The position numbers and the translations under genes are program-made. The notes below the pieces were generated by a model, which saw nothing but the letters and a program-made list of their open reading frames with translations, had not been told where the DNA came from and did not search any database. DNA of 64,000 nucleotides from Eledone cirrhosa (lineage: Eukaryota), in NCBI GenBank assembly GCA_964016885.1, contig OZ024759.1, positions 17,608,001-17,672,000 of the forward strand, given 5' to 3'. Positions within the stretch are counted from its first letter, which is position 1. Every line of letters starts with the position of its first letter. Below, one piece after another: positions 25,843 to 39,499 of this stretch.

Positions 25843-26025
25843 ATTGGCAGTATCGGTAGAGGGTCGGACTCCATGCTTTGACGCATAGAGTTACGGCCCT
25901 TGCCATTCTGGGTTCAAATCCCGCCGAGGTTAACTTTGCCTTTCATCCTTACGGGGGTCGATAAAATAAAGTACCAGTAATACACTGCGGTAATTGCTGG
26001 CCCCTTGTGCCAAAAGTAGAAACAA
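25843..26025 (+). mobile_element. Family C SINE
   Basis: Near-identical to 14054-14238. Confidence 0.85.
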
Positions 26026-26227
26026 TCATTGTGATGATGTGCTGATGGCGGTCATCATCATGGCTTTCATTTAATTTAATCCTGCCAACTGCTGCTGCCC
26101 CCCCCCCCCCCCCCCTCTCTCCTTCCCCACCTCCCACCCCCACCCCTAGAACATATAGAACATCTGTTTCTTCATCTGCAAAACCTCAGTGAACCATTTT
26201 CACTTTGAATTCTTCTCAACATACCAT

Positions 26228-26930
26228 TGTGGTGGTGGTGTTGGTTATGGTGGTGGTGGTTATTGTTATGGTGGTGGTGGTGGTGGTTATGGTGGTGGTG
26301 GTGTTGGTTATGGTGGTGGTTATTGTTATGGTGGTTATGGTGGTGGTGGTGGTGGTGGTTATTGTTATGGTGGTGGTTATTGTTATGGTGGTGGTTATGG
26401 TGGTTATGGTGGTTGTGGTGTTGGTTATGGTGGTGGTGGTGGTTATTATGGTGGTAGTGGTTATGGTGGTTGTGGTGTTTGTTATGGTGGTGGTGGTGGA
26501 GGTGGTGGTGATGGTTATGGTTATGGTGGTGGAGGTGGTGGTTATCGTAGTTGTGGTTATTGTGGTTATGGTGGTGGTGGTGGTGATGGTGGTGGTGGTG
26601 GTTATAATGGTTGTGGTGGTAGTGGTTGTGATGTTAGTCATGGTGGTGGTTGTAGTTATAGTGATGGTTATAATGGTTGTGGTTGTGGTGGTGGTTGTGG
26701 TAATGGTGGTCATAGTGGTGGTGGTGGTTGTGATACTGGCTATGGTGATTATGGTGATGGTATGGTGGTGTTTGTGGTGTATGTGTGTTGGGGGGGGATG
26801 TTAGTGTTATGGCAGCTGTGGTTGTGTGATGGGTGTGGTGGTAACTGTAGTGGTAGTAGTAGTAGTAGTGGCAGTGACTGTAGTGGTTGTGGTGGTAGAG
26901 GCAGTGACTGTAGTGGTTGTGGTGGTAGAG
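26228..26930. repeat. (GGT)n-rich degenerate repeat
   Basis: Directly visible. Confidence 0.85.
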
Positions 26931-27144
26931 TCAGTAGTGTTGGTGTGTGGTGGGTATTGTTTTATTTCTGTGTTGTGATGAAGAATACATTATGTCTTAC
27001 ACTGACTTGGACTTCAGCCCAAAACACTGGTTAACCAGACCTGAAGAAATAAGCGGGATCTGCTATTAGATTTTAATGGAATTAGAAATTAGACTAATAA
27101 ATGTAGTTGGGATTGAAAGAGTATAAGGTGGAGGGTGATAGATT

Positions 27145-27612
27145 TTAACCCTTTTGATACCACCCCACTCAAACTGGTCTCTGGTTTTATGAAAAACCAA
27201 ACTATGCTTTTCAAAGAGTTCCTATTTAAATTTAAATCTTCCAACATAATTTTAGATAAGAATCTATTAAGTTACTATCTTAGTAATGAAATAATTAATA
27301 ATTTTAATTTTTATCTAGTTATTAACCTTTTTGAGAGCAACCTGGTAAGCCCCAGTTCTGGTTCTATGAATCAAAACCACACTTTTTAAAGAATTCTTAT
27401 TTAAATGAAAATCTTTCAACATAATTTTATCTAAGAACCTTTTGTTATGTAACAAATAGCATTATAATGAAATTATTTTAGTAAATTTCTCCAAATTCTC
27501 TAATTAATTAATTTATCTTTCATTAGGAGTACAGTAACGAAAGGGTTGACCTTTTTGATACTAAGCCACTCAAAACCACTCTTTTTAAAGATTTCCTATT
27601 TAAATTAAAGTC
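27145..27612 (+). mobile_element. Tandem TTAA MITE family B copies
   Basis: ttaacc(c/t)ttttga starts at about 27145, 27322 and 27546; right end gtaacgaaagggttga at about 27549; related ends at 33912 and 41061. Confidence 0.6.
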
Positions 27613-27932
27613 CTATGAACTGAGGGAGAAACTGGGTTTAAGAGGAATCCAAAGTGGTGTGCATGATAGAAGATTGCATTGGTACAGACATGTTATACGT
27701 ATGTATGATGATTGGTGGGTGAAGAAATGCCTGGAAATCCCAGTGGAAGGAAGCCGCTGTAGAGGTAGACCAAGGAAGATCTGGGCGGAGGTGGTGAGAG
27801 CTGATCTCAAATTGTTGAGACTCAGAGAGGAGATGACAAAAGAATAAGACAAGTTGAAAGATGTTGTGCTGAAGAAGGACTTGTCCAGCCCATGCTAGCA
27901 TGGAAAAACAGACATGAAAATGATGATGATGA
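27613..27932 (+). mobile_element. RTE 3' fragment inserted in a family B MITE
   Basis: ELREKLGLRGI...RRLHWYRHVIRM...GRPRKIW; (GAT)n tail. Confidence 0.85.
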
Positions 27933-28671
27933 TCTTGAACTAGAATTTTAAACACCCTTTTGTTATGTAGGAAATACCATCTTAGATAATTTGAGTAAAT
28001 CTTTCTAAATTCTTTATTATGACTCATACATTGTTTACTTTCTTGACATTTGTACTGTGCCTAAAGTAGAAACAATTATTTAATTAATTCAGTAATTAAA
28101 CAATTATTTAATTAATTCAGTGTATTTTGTGAAAAACAAAAGAAATGTAATCCCTTTGATACAAACTGACCAGAAACTGCTGCAGTTGTTGAGCCTATGA
28201 TACAAAACTTTGTTTTAAAATGTTTATATTTATTGAAGAAGAAAAATATAAATCTTCTGTTATATACATTATTCTACATACAGCTTTTGTATTGGTTTGT
28301 GGGGTGAGATGGATGTTGGGGTCCGGCATTTTCTTCATCAGTTGTTGACTAGGGATCTTAATATCTCATGTTAGCAATGTATGTATTTTAGGGGCTTCAT
28401 CATCAGAGTTCTCTTTGTGAGGTGAATATTAAACTGGTTTCGCTTTGGAAGTGTAATTTATGTTTATCCAATTGTTTTTGATGCCTTTTCAACAATTATG
28501 GCTTCCTAAGCCATCAAAAATTGTTTTGCAGTGAACTGGTGGGTGTGGTGAGGGCACCGTTCAACACCTTACAATATCCTTCTTCCTTTGATGCTACCAA
28601 GAAATATCCAAGTTTTATGGTCCTATAATTTTATGTAAGAATTCTTGTATAATATTATAAAACATACAGAA

Positions 28672-28860
28672 ATAATTGTTTCTACATTAGGCACAAGGCC
28701 AGCAATTACCCAGTGCATTACTGGTACTTTATTTTATCGACCCCATAAGGATGAAAGGCAAAGTCAACCTCGGCGGGATTTGAACTCAGTTCGTAAAGGG
28801 ACGTAACTATGCTGGAAAGCATGGCGTCCGACCCTCTACCGATACTGCCAATCCACCGCC
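28672..28860 (-). mobile_element. Family C SINE
   Basis: Reverse complement of the family sequence; near-identical to 47744-47931. Confidence 0.85.
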
Positions 28861-29459
28861 AGAAATAATGCCATGTCTTATGACTGCATAATAGGTTTAG
28901 GTGTTGTGGTGGTGTTGTTGTGGTTGTGGTGGTGGTGGTGGTGTGGTGGTTGTGGTGGTGGTGGTGGTGTGGTGGTTGTGGTGGTGGGTGTTGTGATGAT
29001 GTTTTGGTGGTGGTGGTGGCCTTGTGATGGTGGTGGGTGTTGTGATGATGTTTTGGTGGTGGTGGTGGCCTTGTGATAGTGTTGTGGTTTTGTGGTGGTG
29101 GTGGTGGTGGCTGTGATATTTTTGTGGTTTTGTGGTGTTTTGGTGGTGTTGATGTAATGGTGTTGTTGTTGTAAATGGTGGTGGTTGTGGTATTTTTGTG
29201 GTGGTGGTGTTGTGGGAGTTGTGCTGTTGTGGTGGTGGTGGTGGTGGTGATGGCACTGTGATGATGGTGTTGTGGTGGTTATGGTAGTGAAGTGGCTGTG
29301 TTGGTTGTGTTATGGTTGCAATAAGTATGGTAGTTGTGGTGTTATGCTAGCTGTGTATATATATATATATATATATATTGTGTGTATGTGGGCGGGGGAG
29401 GGGGGGTTGTGATAGTGACAGTAGTATCATAACTGCCATATGTTGTGGTGGCAATATAC

Positions 29460-29880
29460 ATGGTGTAGTGGTGGTGGTGGTGGTGGTGGTGTAGTGGTCG
29501 TAGAATAAATGGTGTGGTGGTGGTGGTGTAGTGGTCCTAGAATAAATGGTGTAGCGGTGGTGGTGGTGTAGTGGTCGTAGAATAAATGGTGTAGTGGTGG
29601 TGTAGCGGTGGTGTAGTGGTCGTTGAATAAATGGTGTAGTGGTGGTGGTGGTATAGCGGTGGTGTAGTGGTCGTAGAATAAATGGTATGGTGGTGGTGGT
29701 GTAGTGGTCCTAGAATAAATGGTGTGGTGGTGGTGTAGTGGTCGTAGAATAAATGGTGTAGTGGTGGTGGTGGTGTAGTGGTCGTAGAATAAATGGTGTA
29801 GTGGTGGTGTAGTGGTCGTAGAATAAATGGTGTAGTGGTGGTGGTGGTGTAGTGGTCGTAGAAAAAATGGTGTAGGTGTA
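29460..29880. repeat. Minisatellite tagtggtcgtagaataaatggtg(tggtg)n
   Basis: About 10 recurrences. Confidence 0.85.
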
Positions 29881-29911
29881 GTCGCGACAGTGGTGGTGGT
29901 GTAGTGGTGAC

Positions 29912-30750
29912 AGCACTACAGCAATGAGTTCTGCGCATTCTTTGGGATCGTCAGTGATCTGGCTTGTGTAGGGATTGCGAAGAGGACCAATTGGAGAGTG
30001 AGGTCTCTGCTTTGAATTAACATATTTCCAGAACACCTTACTCTCAGGATTGGTTGCTATGCACTGTTCAAATTCAAGCACTGCCTTCTTTGTCACTTGC
30101 TTGAGATGGTTAGAAGATTTATTCCACTTTTTTCTGTTGTCATCTGATTTATGCAGGTTATATTCCTGTTCAGCGTTCCGACGTTCTTTCCTGGCAAGTC
30201 GGACCGCTGAAGTTTCCCAAATTGCACTTTTGGGGTGTTTTTTTTTCTGCTTACGTGGCACCGATGCTGCACACGCTATCCATATTGAATCCAGGATGCT
30301 CTGGAGTATAGTGTTCACATCTCCAGAGTTATACATCTCATGCCAGTTTGGGCGCTGTAGCTCAGTGCAGTACAAGTTTCAATCTGCTTTCTTCCAATCA
30401 AAGCAAGCAGATTGGAGATGACAACACCAAGCAGAAGTGTTGACATGGTCATACATATGTCACAAAAAAAAACTTCTTGTGATTCGTTCAAATCAACGCA
30501 AGGAATTACCGAAAAGTTTGAATGAACGTAGACCATCACACCATCACCATGGCGATTAATGTGGTCCTTGTGGAAAAGGTTGTACCCAGTAATGCTGAAA
30601 ACCCCATCACAGAGTAAGGAATGTGCCTATGTTTCCGTGACTGATGAAGTCAGGGTCGATGCTTCAGACGTAGGAGTCAAACAGATGTATCTTGTTGCAT
30701 AAACTGCGAGCATTTAAGGACAACAATTTGTACCCTGCTTGCAGTTTATG
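29912..30750 (-). pseudogene. CR1/Jockey-group LINE ORF2 relic (APE endonuclease plus linker)
   Basis: LSLNARSLCNKI, PDF..VTET, GYNLFHKD..GDGVMVYV, DWKKADW, KVFWKYVNSK...IGPL motifs, with stops, frameshifts and deletions. Confidence 0.85.
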
Positions 30751-30810
30751 ATGGTGTGTAGAGGGTGGCAGATATATATATATATATTTACACATACATA
30801 CAGGACAGGG

Positions 30811-30874
<64 letters not shown>

Positions 30875-30924
30875 ACACACCACACACCACACACACACCA
30901 CACACACACCACACACACACCACA

Positions 30925-30992
<68 letters not shown>

Positions 30993-31414
30993 TAGGATTG
31001 TATATATGTATATATATATGTATATATACATGTTCCTGTCCCTTTTTCTGCTAATAACAGCTTTTCTTGGTGTATGCATCAGCCAGTAATGTCCCCAAAG
31101 AGATAGTGATGATGATGATCATCATCATGGTGTTGGTGATGTTAATAGTGGCGGCGATGGTGATAGTGGTGTTGGTGATGGAGGAGATATTGATATTGGT
31201 AGTGATAGTGGTGGTGGTGGTGGTGGTGGTGATTCTGGGATACTTTGTGCTTATCTTGCACTTTAAATTATATATTTTATATATGTGTGTGTGTGTATGT
31301 GTGTATATTATTGTATTATATATATTCCTGTATATGCGTGTATGTGCATATGTGTGTATATATATTCAAATATATATATGTTCATATATATATATACACA
31401 CACACATCTATATG

Positions 31415-31448
<34 letters not shown>

Positions 31449-32767
31449 TATATGTATATATACACACACATATATATGTATATATACACACACACATATA
31501 TATATATGTATATATATATACACACACACACATATATATATGTATATATATATACACACATATATATATATATATACACAGTTATATATACACACACACA
31601 CACACATATATATATACACATATATATTTTTTCCTGCTTTGCTTATCATTGCTTGGAGATTAAGTGTTTTATTTATTTATTTATTTATTTATTATTGCAA
31701 AAGGATGAGAGAAAAAGACAGAGAAACAAGGACAAACACACACTCTTCTATATCTCACCTTTTATTTCTTCTTTCTTCCCTTCCTTTCTCCCCCTCTCCA
31801 CACATCTCTCTCTCAAAAGATGGAGTAGTAAATACAAGAACTACACCTCTTCCCTCCACCACTACCACCACCACCATCATCACTATCACAACCGCCACCA
31901 TCACTATCATTACCATCGTCACCATCATTATCATTTCCACCACTACCTCCATGACTACTATCATCACCACATCTGTCACTGCCATTACCCCCCCCCCCCC
32001 CCCCCCCCCACCACCACCACCACTACTATCACTGCCACCACCCCTACCATCACTACCCCACTTGTTAACACCACCACTACCCCACTTGTTAACACCACCA
32101 CTACTGACTGCCTCTGCTATTATCACCTCCATCACCACTACCATAACTGCCACCACCACTATCAACCCTACCATGGTTGACACCACACTACTGCCATTGC
32201 TATTATCACACCAACACACACACTCACCATGTATTTATCTTCTCTAAATGGTTCTGATCTGACTTGCCTCACAACAGGACAACCTGTCTAACCCATGCTT
32301 GCTTGGAAAATGGCCGTTAAACGGTGATGAGGATGATAATACAAATAGCAACTCACAATCTCTATATGGGGAATGAAGAGGATAAAAAAACCCAAAAAAC
32401 TTTGATTATTACAGACTATCCTCACAATTATAAGACAGAAACTCCATTTCAGAGGTGTTTATATGATGAGAAGCAAGCAAAGGAAAATATTTAGACCATC
32501 TCAGGAGTTTTTTTAGTTTGCTTGTTTGCTTCTCATAACATGAAACTTCAGACCCTTAAGGATGTTTCTATCTTAAAAAATTATGAGGATATTCTCAGTT
32601 GTAAACATTTTTTTCCTCCACTTGCCCTATCCAGACAGGGAGATACTATCTGTGTATATATAACCCATGTTAGAGTGGAAGATGGACGTTAAACGATGAT
32701 GATGATGACGACTTTATGCAGAGTGCCTCACCTATAGGTAGTTTTAAATAATAATAATGAAAATATT

Positions 32768-32923
32768 GTGTACAGTGCTCAGGTGCACTACAACTCATCA
32801 AAAAGTGTATGTATAGTGCATAGGGTAATGTACAAACGTCAGGAAAATGAACAGTGCATGAGTTATGATATACACATTTGTGCATGTGTATGGAAGGGGT
32901 ACATCAGGTCTAGTTTTGGCGAA
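32768..32923 (-). mobile_element. LINE 3' end (CR1-like), copy 2
   Basis: Matches 2788-2935. Confidence 0.55.
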
Positions 32924-33084
32924 TAGTTTTGATTCTGCCCTTTATTCATCTTGAAGATTTTCAACTATTTGTTGCTTCTGTCAGTTGGCTATTATTGACT
33001 ATGTCAGACTATTCAGTAACTACATTTTCATTACCCCTGTCCACTCACTTATCTGTCTATGTATCTGCTAAAGTCTCCCACCTC

Positions 33085-33512
33085 TTAACCCTTTAGCATA
33101 TAAACCACCTCTGGCTGTATCCAACCAGAATTTTTTTGCCTCTTTCTGTTTAAACCCCCTGTAACTGGCTGCTCATACTGATGTTAAGGAATTGTTCTCA
33201 TAATAAATAATTGTTTCTACTTTTGGCACAAGGCCAGCAATTACCCAGTGCATTACTGGTACTTTATTTTATTGACCTCGTAAGGATGAAAGACAAAGTT
33301 AACCTCGACGGGATTTGAACTCAGAATGGCAAGGGCCGTAACTCTATACGTCAAAGCATGGCGTCCGACCCTCTACCGATACTGCCAATCCATAATAAAT
33401 AATATCAAAATCTCATAGATTTCAATATTATGTGAGATAATTCTGTAAGTTAAAGCCTTTGCCACAAAAATATAATAGTAAATATAGAGTAATGTAAATA
33501 CTAAAGAATTAA
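33085..33512 (-). mobile_element. TTAA MITE family A containing a nested SINE
   Basis: TIRs ttaaccctttagcat and atactaaagaattaa; internal sequence is the reverse complement of 57458-57686. Confidence 0.8.
33212..33391 (-). mobile_element. Family C SINE with 12-bp target-site duplication
   Basis: ataataaataat at 33200-33211 and 33392-33403. Confidence 0.88.
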
Positions 33513-35114
33513 TCAAATTGTTCTTTCTGCCCACCTGTCTGTCATTACTGCCAATGTAGCCCTATCTACCTATTTAATTTACTCTCTTATCTACCTACAC
33601 ACTCTTATATTAGTCAATTCATCAACCCAATCATACCAAACCTGCTTGAGACCTCTCCTAGTTTTATGATACAAAACTGTTTATTTTAAAGTGTTTATTA
33701 TATTTATCTAAAAACCTTCTATCATAATTTTATATAACCTTTTATTCAGTGGTTCCCAAGCACCCTTTTTATTTAAATGAACTTTCTCACAGAACCCCTG
33801 TTACAATAACTCCCCTCTCAGATTGTTATAGAGTGAAAACTACTGTTAATTTCTCCCTACCTACCCATTTACCATCTTCTCCACCCACACATTCTCATTT
33901 TAGTCAGTTCATTAACCCTTTTGATACCAAATCTGCCTGAAACCACTCCTGGTTTTATGATACAAAACTGTTTGTTTTTAAAGTGTTTATTTTAAAAAAC
34001 AGTATCATAATTTTATAGAAGAACCTTTAACTCAGTGGTTCACAAGAACCTTTTTTATTTAAATGAATTTTCTCATGGAGCCCCTGTTACAATAACTCCC
34101 CTCCCAGATTGTTATACAATAGAAATAACAAATGAAAGGCAGAAATGTTTATACTAAGAAAAGAAAGGATACCCAGTAGTGTTTTCTGCCCATCTGTCTA
34201 CCAATTTTTCTTTTTTTCTTTCTATTTGATCTATATATCTATGTATTTACCTACCTACCACTCCTATCTAGTTACCTGAGATTTCATTACCCTGCTCTCT
34301 GTCCACCTTTCTGTCTAACCTACTACCATCACTCTCTCCTCAATTTCTGATCCACCCCTAACTCAGCTATATTCAATCTAGTTAGCTACCTGTCACTTCA
34401 TTTCTCTCTCCACACCTTTATGTCAAGCTTGCCATCACTCTCTCTCTCACAAATCTATTGCCCCAGCCCCACCAAGGACCAACCTCTACAACTTTCTACC
34501 CTCAACCTGTTCCTCCCCACTTCCTCATTTATTTTGATCCCACCACCACCTTAATGCTCTGTTATGTGTTCCAATTAGTTATGCTATGTTACCTTGCTGG
34601 CAGGCTGAGCGAAATTTAGAGAAACCTTGTTGATTGTCAGATCATGTCTTGTCTTAATCACATCCCCCCCCCCCCCACCACTCACCCCGTTGCTCCTCCA
34701 CCCTCACTCCCCCCAGCTCACCGTGGCTCCTCCACCGCCACTACCCCCCGCCCACTCTCCCCATCTCACCGTCGCTTCTCCATATCCCCACCCCCTGCAT
34801 CTTGCCATCACTCTTCGAACCTCCACTCCTTCCAACTCACCGTCTCCTCTCCATATCCCCCCACCCTCCCTCCAGCTCACGTCGCACCTCCACACCTCCA
34901 CACAGCCCCGTCTAGCTCACCAACACTCATTAGTATAGTTCAGAACATTACTAATAAATGTTTGTCAATATTTTATCTTCTCCCCCCACACAGAACCACA
35001 CACTCCCACCCCTCCTGCAAGGTCAATTTCTTAGAGACTTCCTCATACAGTTCTGATAATCACCAAACCCGTTAGCAGCATCGTTGTTTACAGTTGATGT
35101 TGTTTGTCAGAGTA

Positions 35115-35147
<33 letters not shown>

Positions 35148-35159
35148 TGTCTTTCCTTC

Positions 35160-35930
35160 TCACACAACACAATACAACAGAATGTGACATAACATGATGT
35201 GACATGACGCATGACACATCTCAACACTGCAGTACACAACACCACACAACACAGCACAGTACAATACAGTACAACATGCAACATACCACACCACAATGAA
35301 ATACACCATACACCACTCCACAATGCAATACACTACACCATAATGCAACACACCATCCCACAATGAAATATAATATACCACAACACAACACACCACCGCA
35401 CACCACACCACACCACACCACACAACTCCACACCACAACACACGACACCACATGACACCACTGCACACCACACCGCAACACACAACTCCAAACCACACCA
35501 CACCACACCACAACTCCACACCACACAACACCACCGCACACCACAACACACAACACCACCGCACACCACAACACACGACACCACACTATACCACCGCACA
35601 CCACACCACACCACACCACACCACAACACACAACTCCACACCACAACACACAACTCCACACCACAACACACAACTCCACTCCAAATGACACCACACCACA
35701 CCAGTACATACACACACCACACCACAACACAACACACCACACCACAACACAACACACCACACAACACACCACACAACACACCACAACACACACCACACCA
35801 CAACACACACCACAACACAAAACTCCACACCACACCACAACACAACACACAACTCCACACCACACCACATGACACAACTCCACATGACACCACACCACAC
35901 CACACTACAGCACACCACAGTTGACCACAC
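35160..35930. repeat. (CACAC/CACAA)n pentamer-type repeat
   Basis: Directly visible. Confidence 0.9.
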
Positions 35931-35989
35931 CTACACATACACTGCACATTGCAATGTACTATCAGATATTACACTACAGGTGGTTCCTT

Positions 35990-36042
<53 letters not shown>

Positions 36043-36276
36043 ATTTTTCACTCCCACCCTAGTACCTTCAACATTCCCAATCACAAATCTTTTACCTAAA
36101 GACATTTTTCCAATTCCACCCCGCTAGTCCCCCCAATCTATCTAATCTCTCATTCTTTCTTCTCACGGGAGACTAGTGTCCGAAATGTTAAGACCCTCTC
36201 TTAACCTAATATATTCAACCACATACTGTACCGATTGTGTTGTTATTTCTGTTTATCTTTTACGCACACACGCACG

Positions 36277-36316
<40 letters not shown>

Positions 36317-36413
36317 GCAATACACACACACACACACACACCCACACACACACACACCCACACACACACACACATGGCAATACACACACACACACACACA
36401 CACACACATGGCA

Positions 36414-36451
<38 letters not shown>

Positions 36452-36484
36452 ACAGACACACAGACACACAGACACACAGACACA

Positions 36485-36522
<38 letters not shown>

Positions 36523-36539
36523 GCAATACACACATGGCA

Positions 36540-36577
<38 letters not shown>

Positions 36578-36600
36578 ACAGACACACAGACACACAGACA

Positions 36601-36658
<58 letters not shown>

Positions 36659-36675
36659 GCAATACACACATGGCA

Positions 36676-36712
<37 letters not shown>

Positions 36713-36729
36713 GCAATACACACATGGCA

Positions 36730-36773
<44 letters not shown>

Positions 36774-36796
36774 CAATACACACACACACACACACC

Positions 36797-36975
36797 CGTG
36801 TGTGTGAGAAGGAAGACGTGGTACAGGTAGACCATGAGAAACATGGGCGGAGGTGGGGAGAACAGACCTCAGATCGCTGAAGCTCATGGCGAGACGCTGT
36901 GCTGAATAAGACCCGTCCCACCCTTGGCAGCAGGGAAAAGCGGACGTAAAATGATGATGATGATGATGATGATGA
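36797..36975 (+). mobile_element. RTE family 2 3' fragment
   Basis: ggaagacgtggtacaggtagacca...cccacccttggcagcagggaaaagcggacgtaaaatgatg. Confidence 0.8.
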
Positions 36976-37164
36976 TAAATATATGGCAATACCATGCAAA
37001 ACTATATAATACATCAGTGGATACTGCACTACATTACAACAGTGCACTACAGCAGGTGGTGCCTGTGCTAGGGCATTTTTATTACACACACCACTACATA
37101 ACCCATTGTTTTATAGATGGAATAAGTAATATTCAGTTTCCTCACAAAACTTTATGAAAGTAAA

Positions 37165-37217
<53 letters not shown>

Positions 37218-37676
37218 CTCATATATACTCATATATACTCATATACTCATATATACTCATATATATGACAGTATATATGATGATGGTATTACATAATATA
37301 TATGTAACCGAGTTCTCGGACATTTAAGCACTGGAAATATATATATTTCCAGTGCTTAAATGTATAAAGGATGATGGGCTCATGCACAGAGATGCTATGA
37401 AATAGTTTATAAAACTATTTTATAGGATCTCTGCATGAGCACAACACTCTTTATACTTATATATATATATATATGTTTCTATATAATCAGAAATATATGG
37501 AGGAGAAAGCAAGATATTTAAAAACAAAATTTAATTCTTAGTGTTTTGTCTTCAAGTACATCTATAATACAGTAGGTAGACATATGTGTGTATATATTTC
37601 ACAGTAGATATGCACTTCATCAGAGAAAAATTATTATTAAAGATGTCACTCAAGGGATATATGCCTCTTAGAAGAG

Positions 37677-37905
37677 ATTGAGGTTAGCTGGACATGCTCA
37701 CCAACATTCAGAGTTGACACTGCACTCAGTGCCCCTGTGGGAGCCCCTATGCAGACACACTAGAAGAGGGAAACCGGGGTTGACATATATTGATGCCTTA
37801 AGGACAGACACTGGTCTCTGGGAGACGCAGGACATGGTGGCGATGATAAAGGACAGAGAATGTTGGAGAGAACTCATCCATGGATCTCGGAAATTTTACC
37901 CACCC
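37677..37905 (+). mobile_element. RTE-clade ORF2 C-terminal relic (distinct family)
   Basis: RLAGHAHQH...LWEP...RRGKPGLTYIDALRTDTG...DRECWR; shorter copy at 41237-41288. Confidence 0.7.
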
Positions 37906-38314
37906 TAGTTATATATGTATATATGTGTGTGTTTATGTGTATGTATATATATATATATGTATATATGTGTGTGTTTATGTGTATGTATATATATATATAT
38001 ATGTATATATGTGTGTGTTTATGTGTATGTATATATATATATATGTATATATGTGTGTGTTTATGTGTATGTATATATATATATATGTATATATGTGTGT
38101 GTTTATGTGTATGTATATATATATATGTATATATGTGTGTGTTTATGTGTATGTATATATATATATATATGTATATATGTGTGTGTTTATGTGTATGTAT
38201 ATATATATATATATGTATATATGTGTGTGTTTATGTGTATGTATATATATATATGTATATATGTGTGTGTTTATGTGTATGTATATATATATATATGTAT
38301 ATATGTGTGTATAT

Positions 38315-38345
<31 letters not shown>

Positions 38346-38760
38346 CCGTTTTACGTCCGTTCTTCCACGCTAGCATGGGTTAGACGGGTTGTCCTGTTGT
38401 GGGCAGTGTCTGGTCGGCTGACCATGCCTTGCTCATACAGGAACTGATCTGGCTTGATTTCTACAGCTGGATGCCCTTCCTAACACCAACCTCATTTACA
38501 GTGAGTGCTGGGTGTTTTTTCGTGGCGCCTACACGTCCACTTTACAGTGTGGGCTGGGTGCTTTTTTGCCGTGGCACCTCCACGACCACCTTGCGGTGGG
38601 TGGGGGGGGGGGGCATATTGTTTATATGCTTCAGCATGTACCCATGGGAGGTCGGGTACCCTGTATTACTGCGTGACGCCAGAAGTCACGGTCGTGTGTC
38701 ATTGACTTTGAGAGGTGTAGTTGGGTAAGGTCGGCTTTTATCACCTCATCCCAAGTCATC
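38315..38760 (-). mobile_element. RTE family 3 3' end
   Basis: Minus strand TWDEVIKADL...PLKV, then a long 3' UTR and (GAT)n tail. Confidence 0.75.
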
Positions 38761-39376
38761 TATATATATATATAGCCACCTCTTGCTCATGCTTTTAATT
38801 TAGTCTTGATTTCTATATGGTTGGATGCCGAGCCTAATGCTAACTACTTTACAAAAAACACTGGGTGTATCTTATTGTCGGACTAGCACTATCACTTTAT
38901 AAAGTATACAGTGTGCTCTTATCATAGCACCAGCACTTTCATCTTACTGAGTATACTGGGTGCATTTTAATGTAAGATCAGCACTACCAATTTATAGCAT
39001 TTACTGGGTGCATATTATCATGGAACCAGCGCTACTATTTTGCAGCATTTACTGAATGCATTGTATGACATATGCAGTACCACTTCACACCGTGTACTAG
39101 GTGCAGTTTACTATAGCATCAGTGCTACTACTTAAGTGCCTACTGTGTGCATTTTATTATAGAACCAGTACTACCACTTTACAGTGTCTATTGGGTGCAT
39201 TTTATTGTGGCACCAGTTCTCTCGTAAAATGATGATGATATATATGTATATGTATATATATGTATATATATATGTATGTATATGTATGTATATGTATATA
39301 TATGTATATATATGTATATGTATATATATATCTATATATATATGTATATATATATATGTATGTATATAGACACACA

Positions 39377-39450
39377 CAGGGTGTCCAAAAAATGTATGTA
39401 CACTTCAACAGCATTCTAATAAAAGTTTGTATGCATTTTTCGGGGACACC

Positions 39451-39453
<3 letters not shown>
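39377..39453. mobile_element. About 77-bp Tc1/mariner-type mini-MITE
   Basis: TIR cagggtgtcc/ggacaccct; second copy at 46709-46785. Confidence 0.65.

Positions 39454-39499
<46 letters not shown>

Noticed and set aside
26189-27034. 281-aa Gly/Tyr/Cys-rich ORF resembling a structural protein
   Set aside because: It is a (GGT)n repeat with almost exclusively GGT codons, a GTG start, no signal peptide, open frames on both strands and a paralogous repeat nearby.
34945-35025. Branch point TACTAAT plus pyrimidine tract and CAG acceptor
   Set aside because: No convincing donor or recognisable coding sequence follows.
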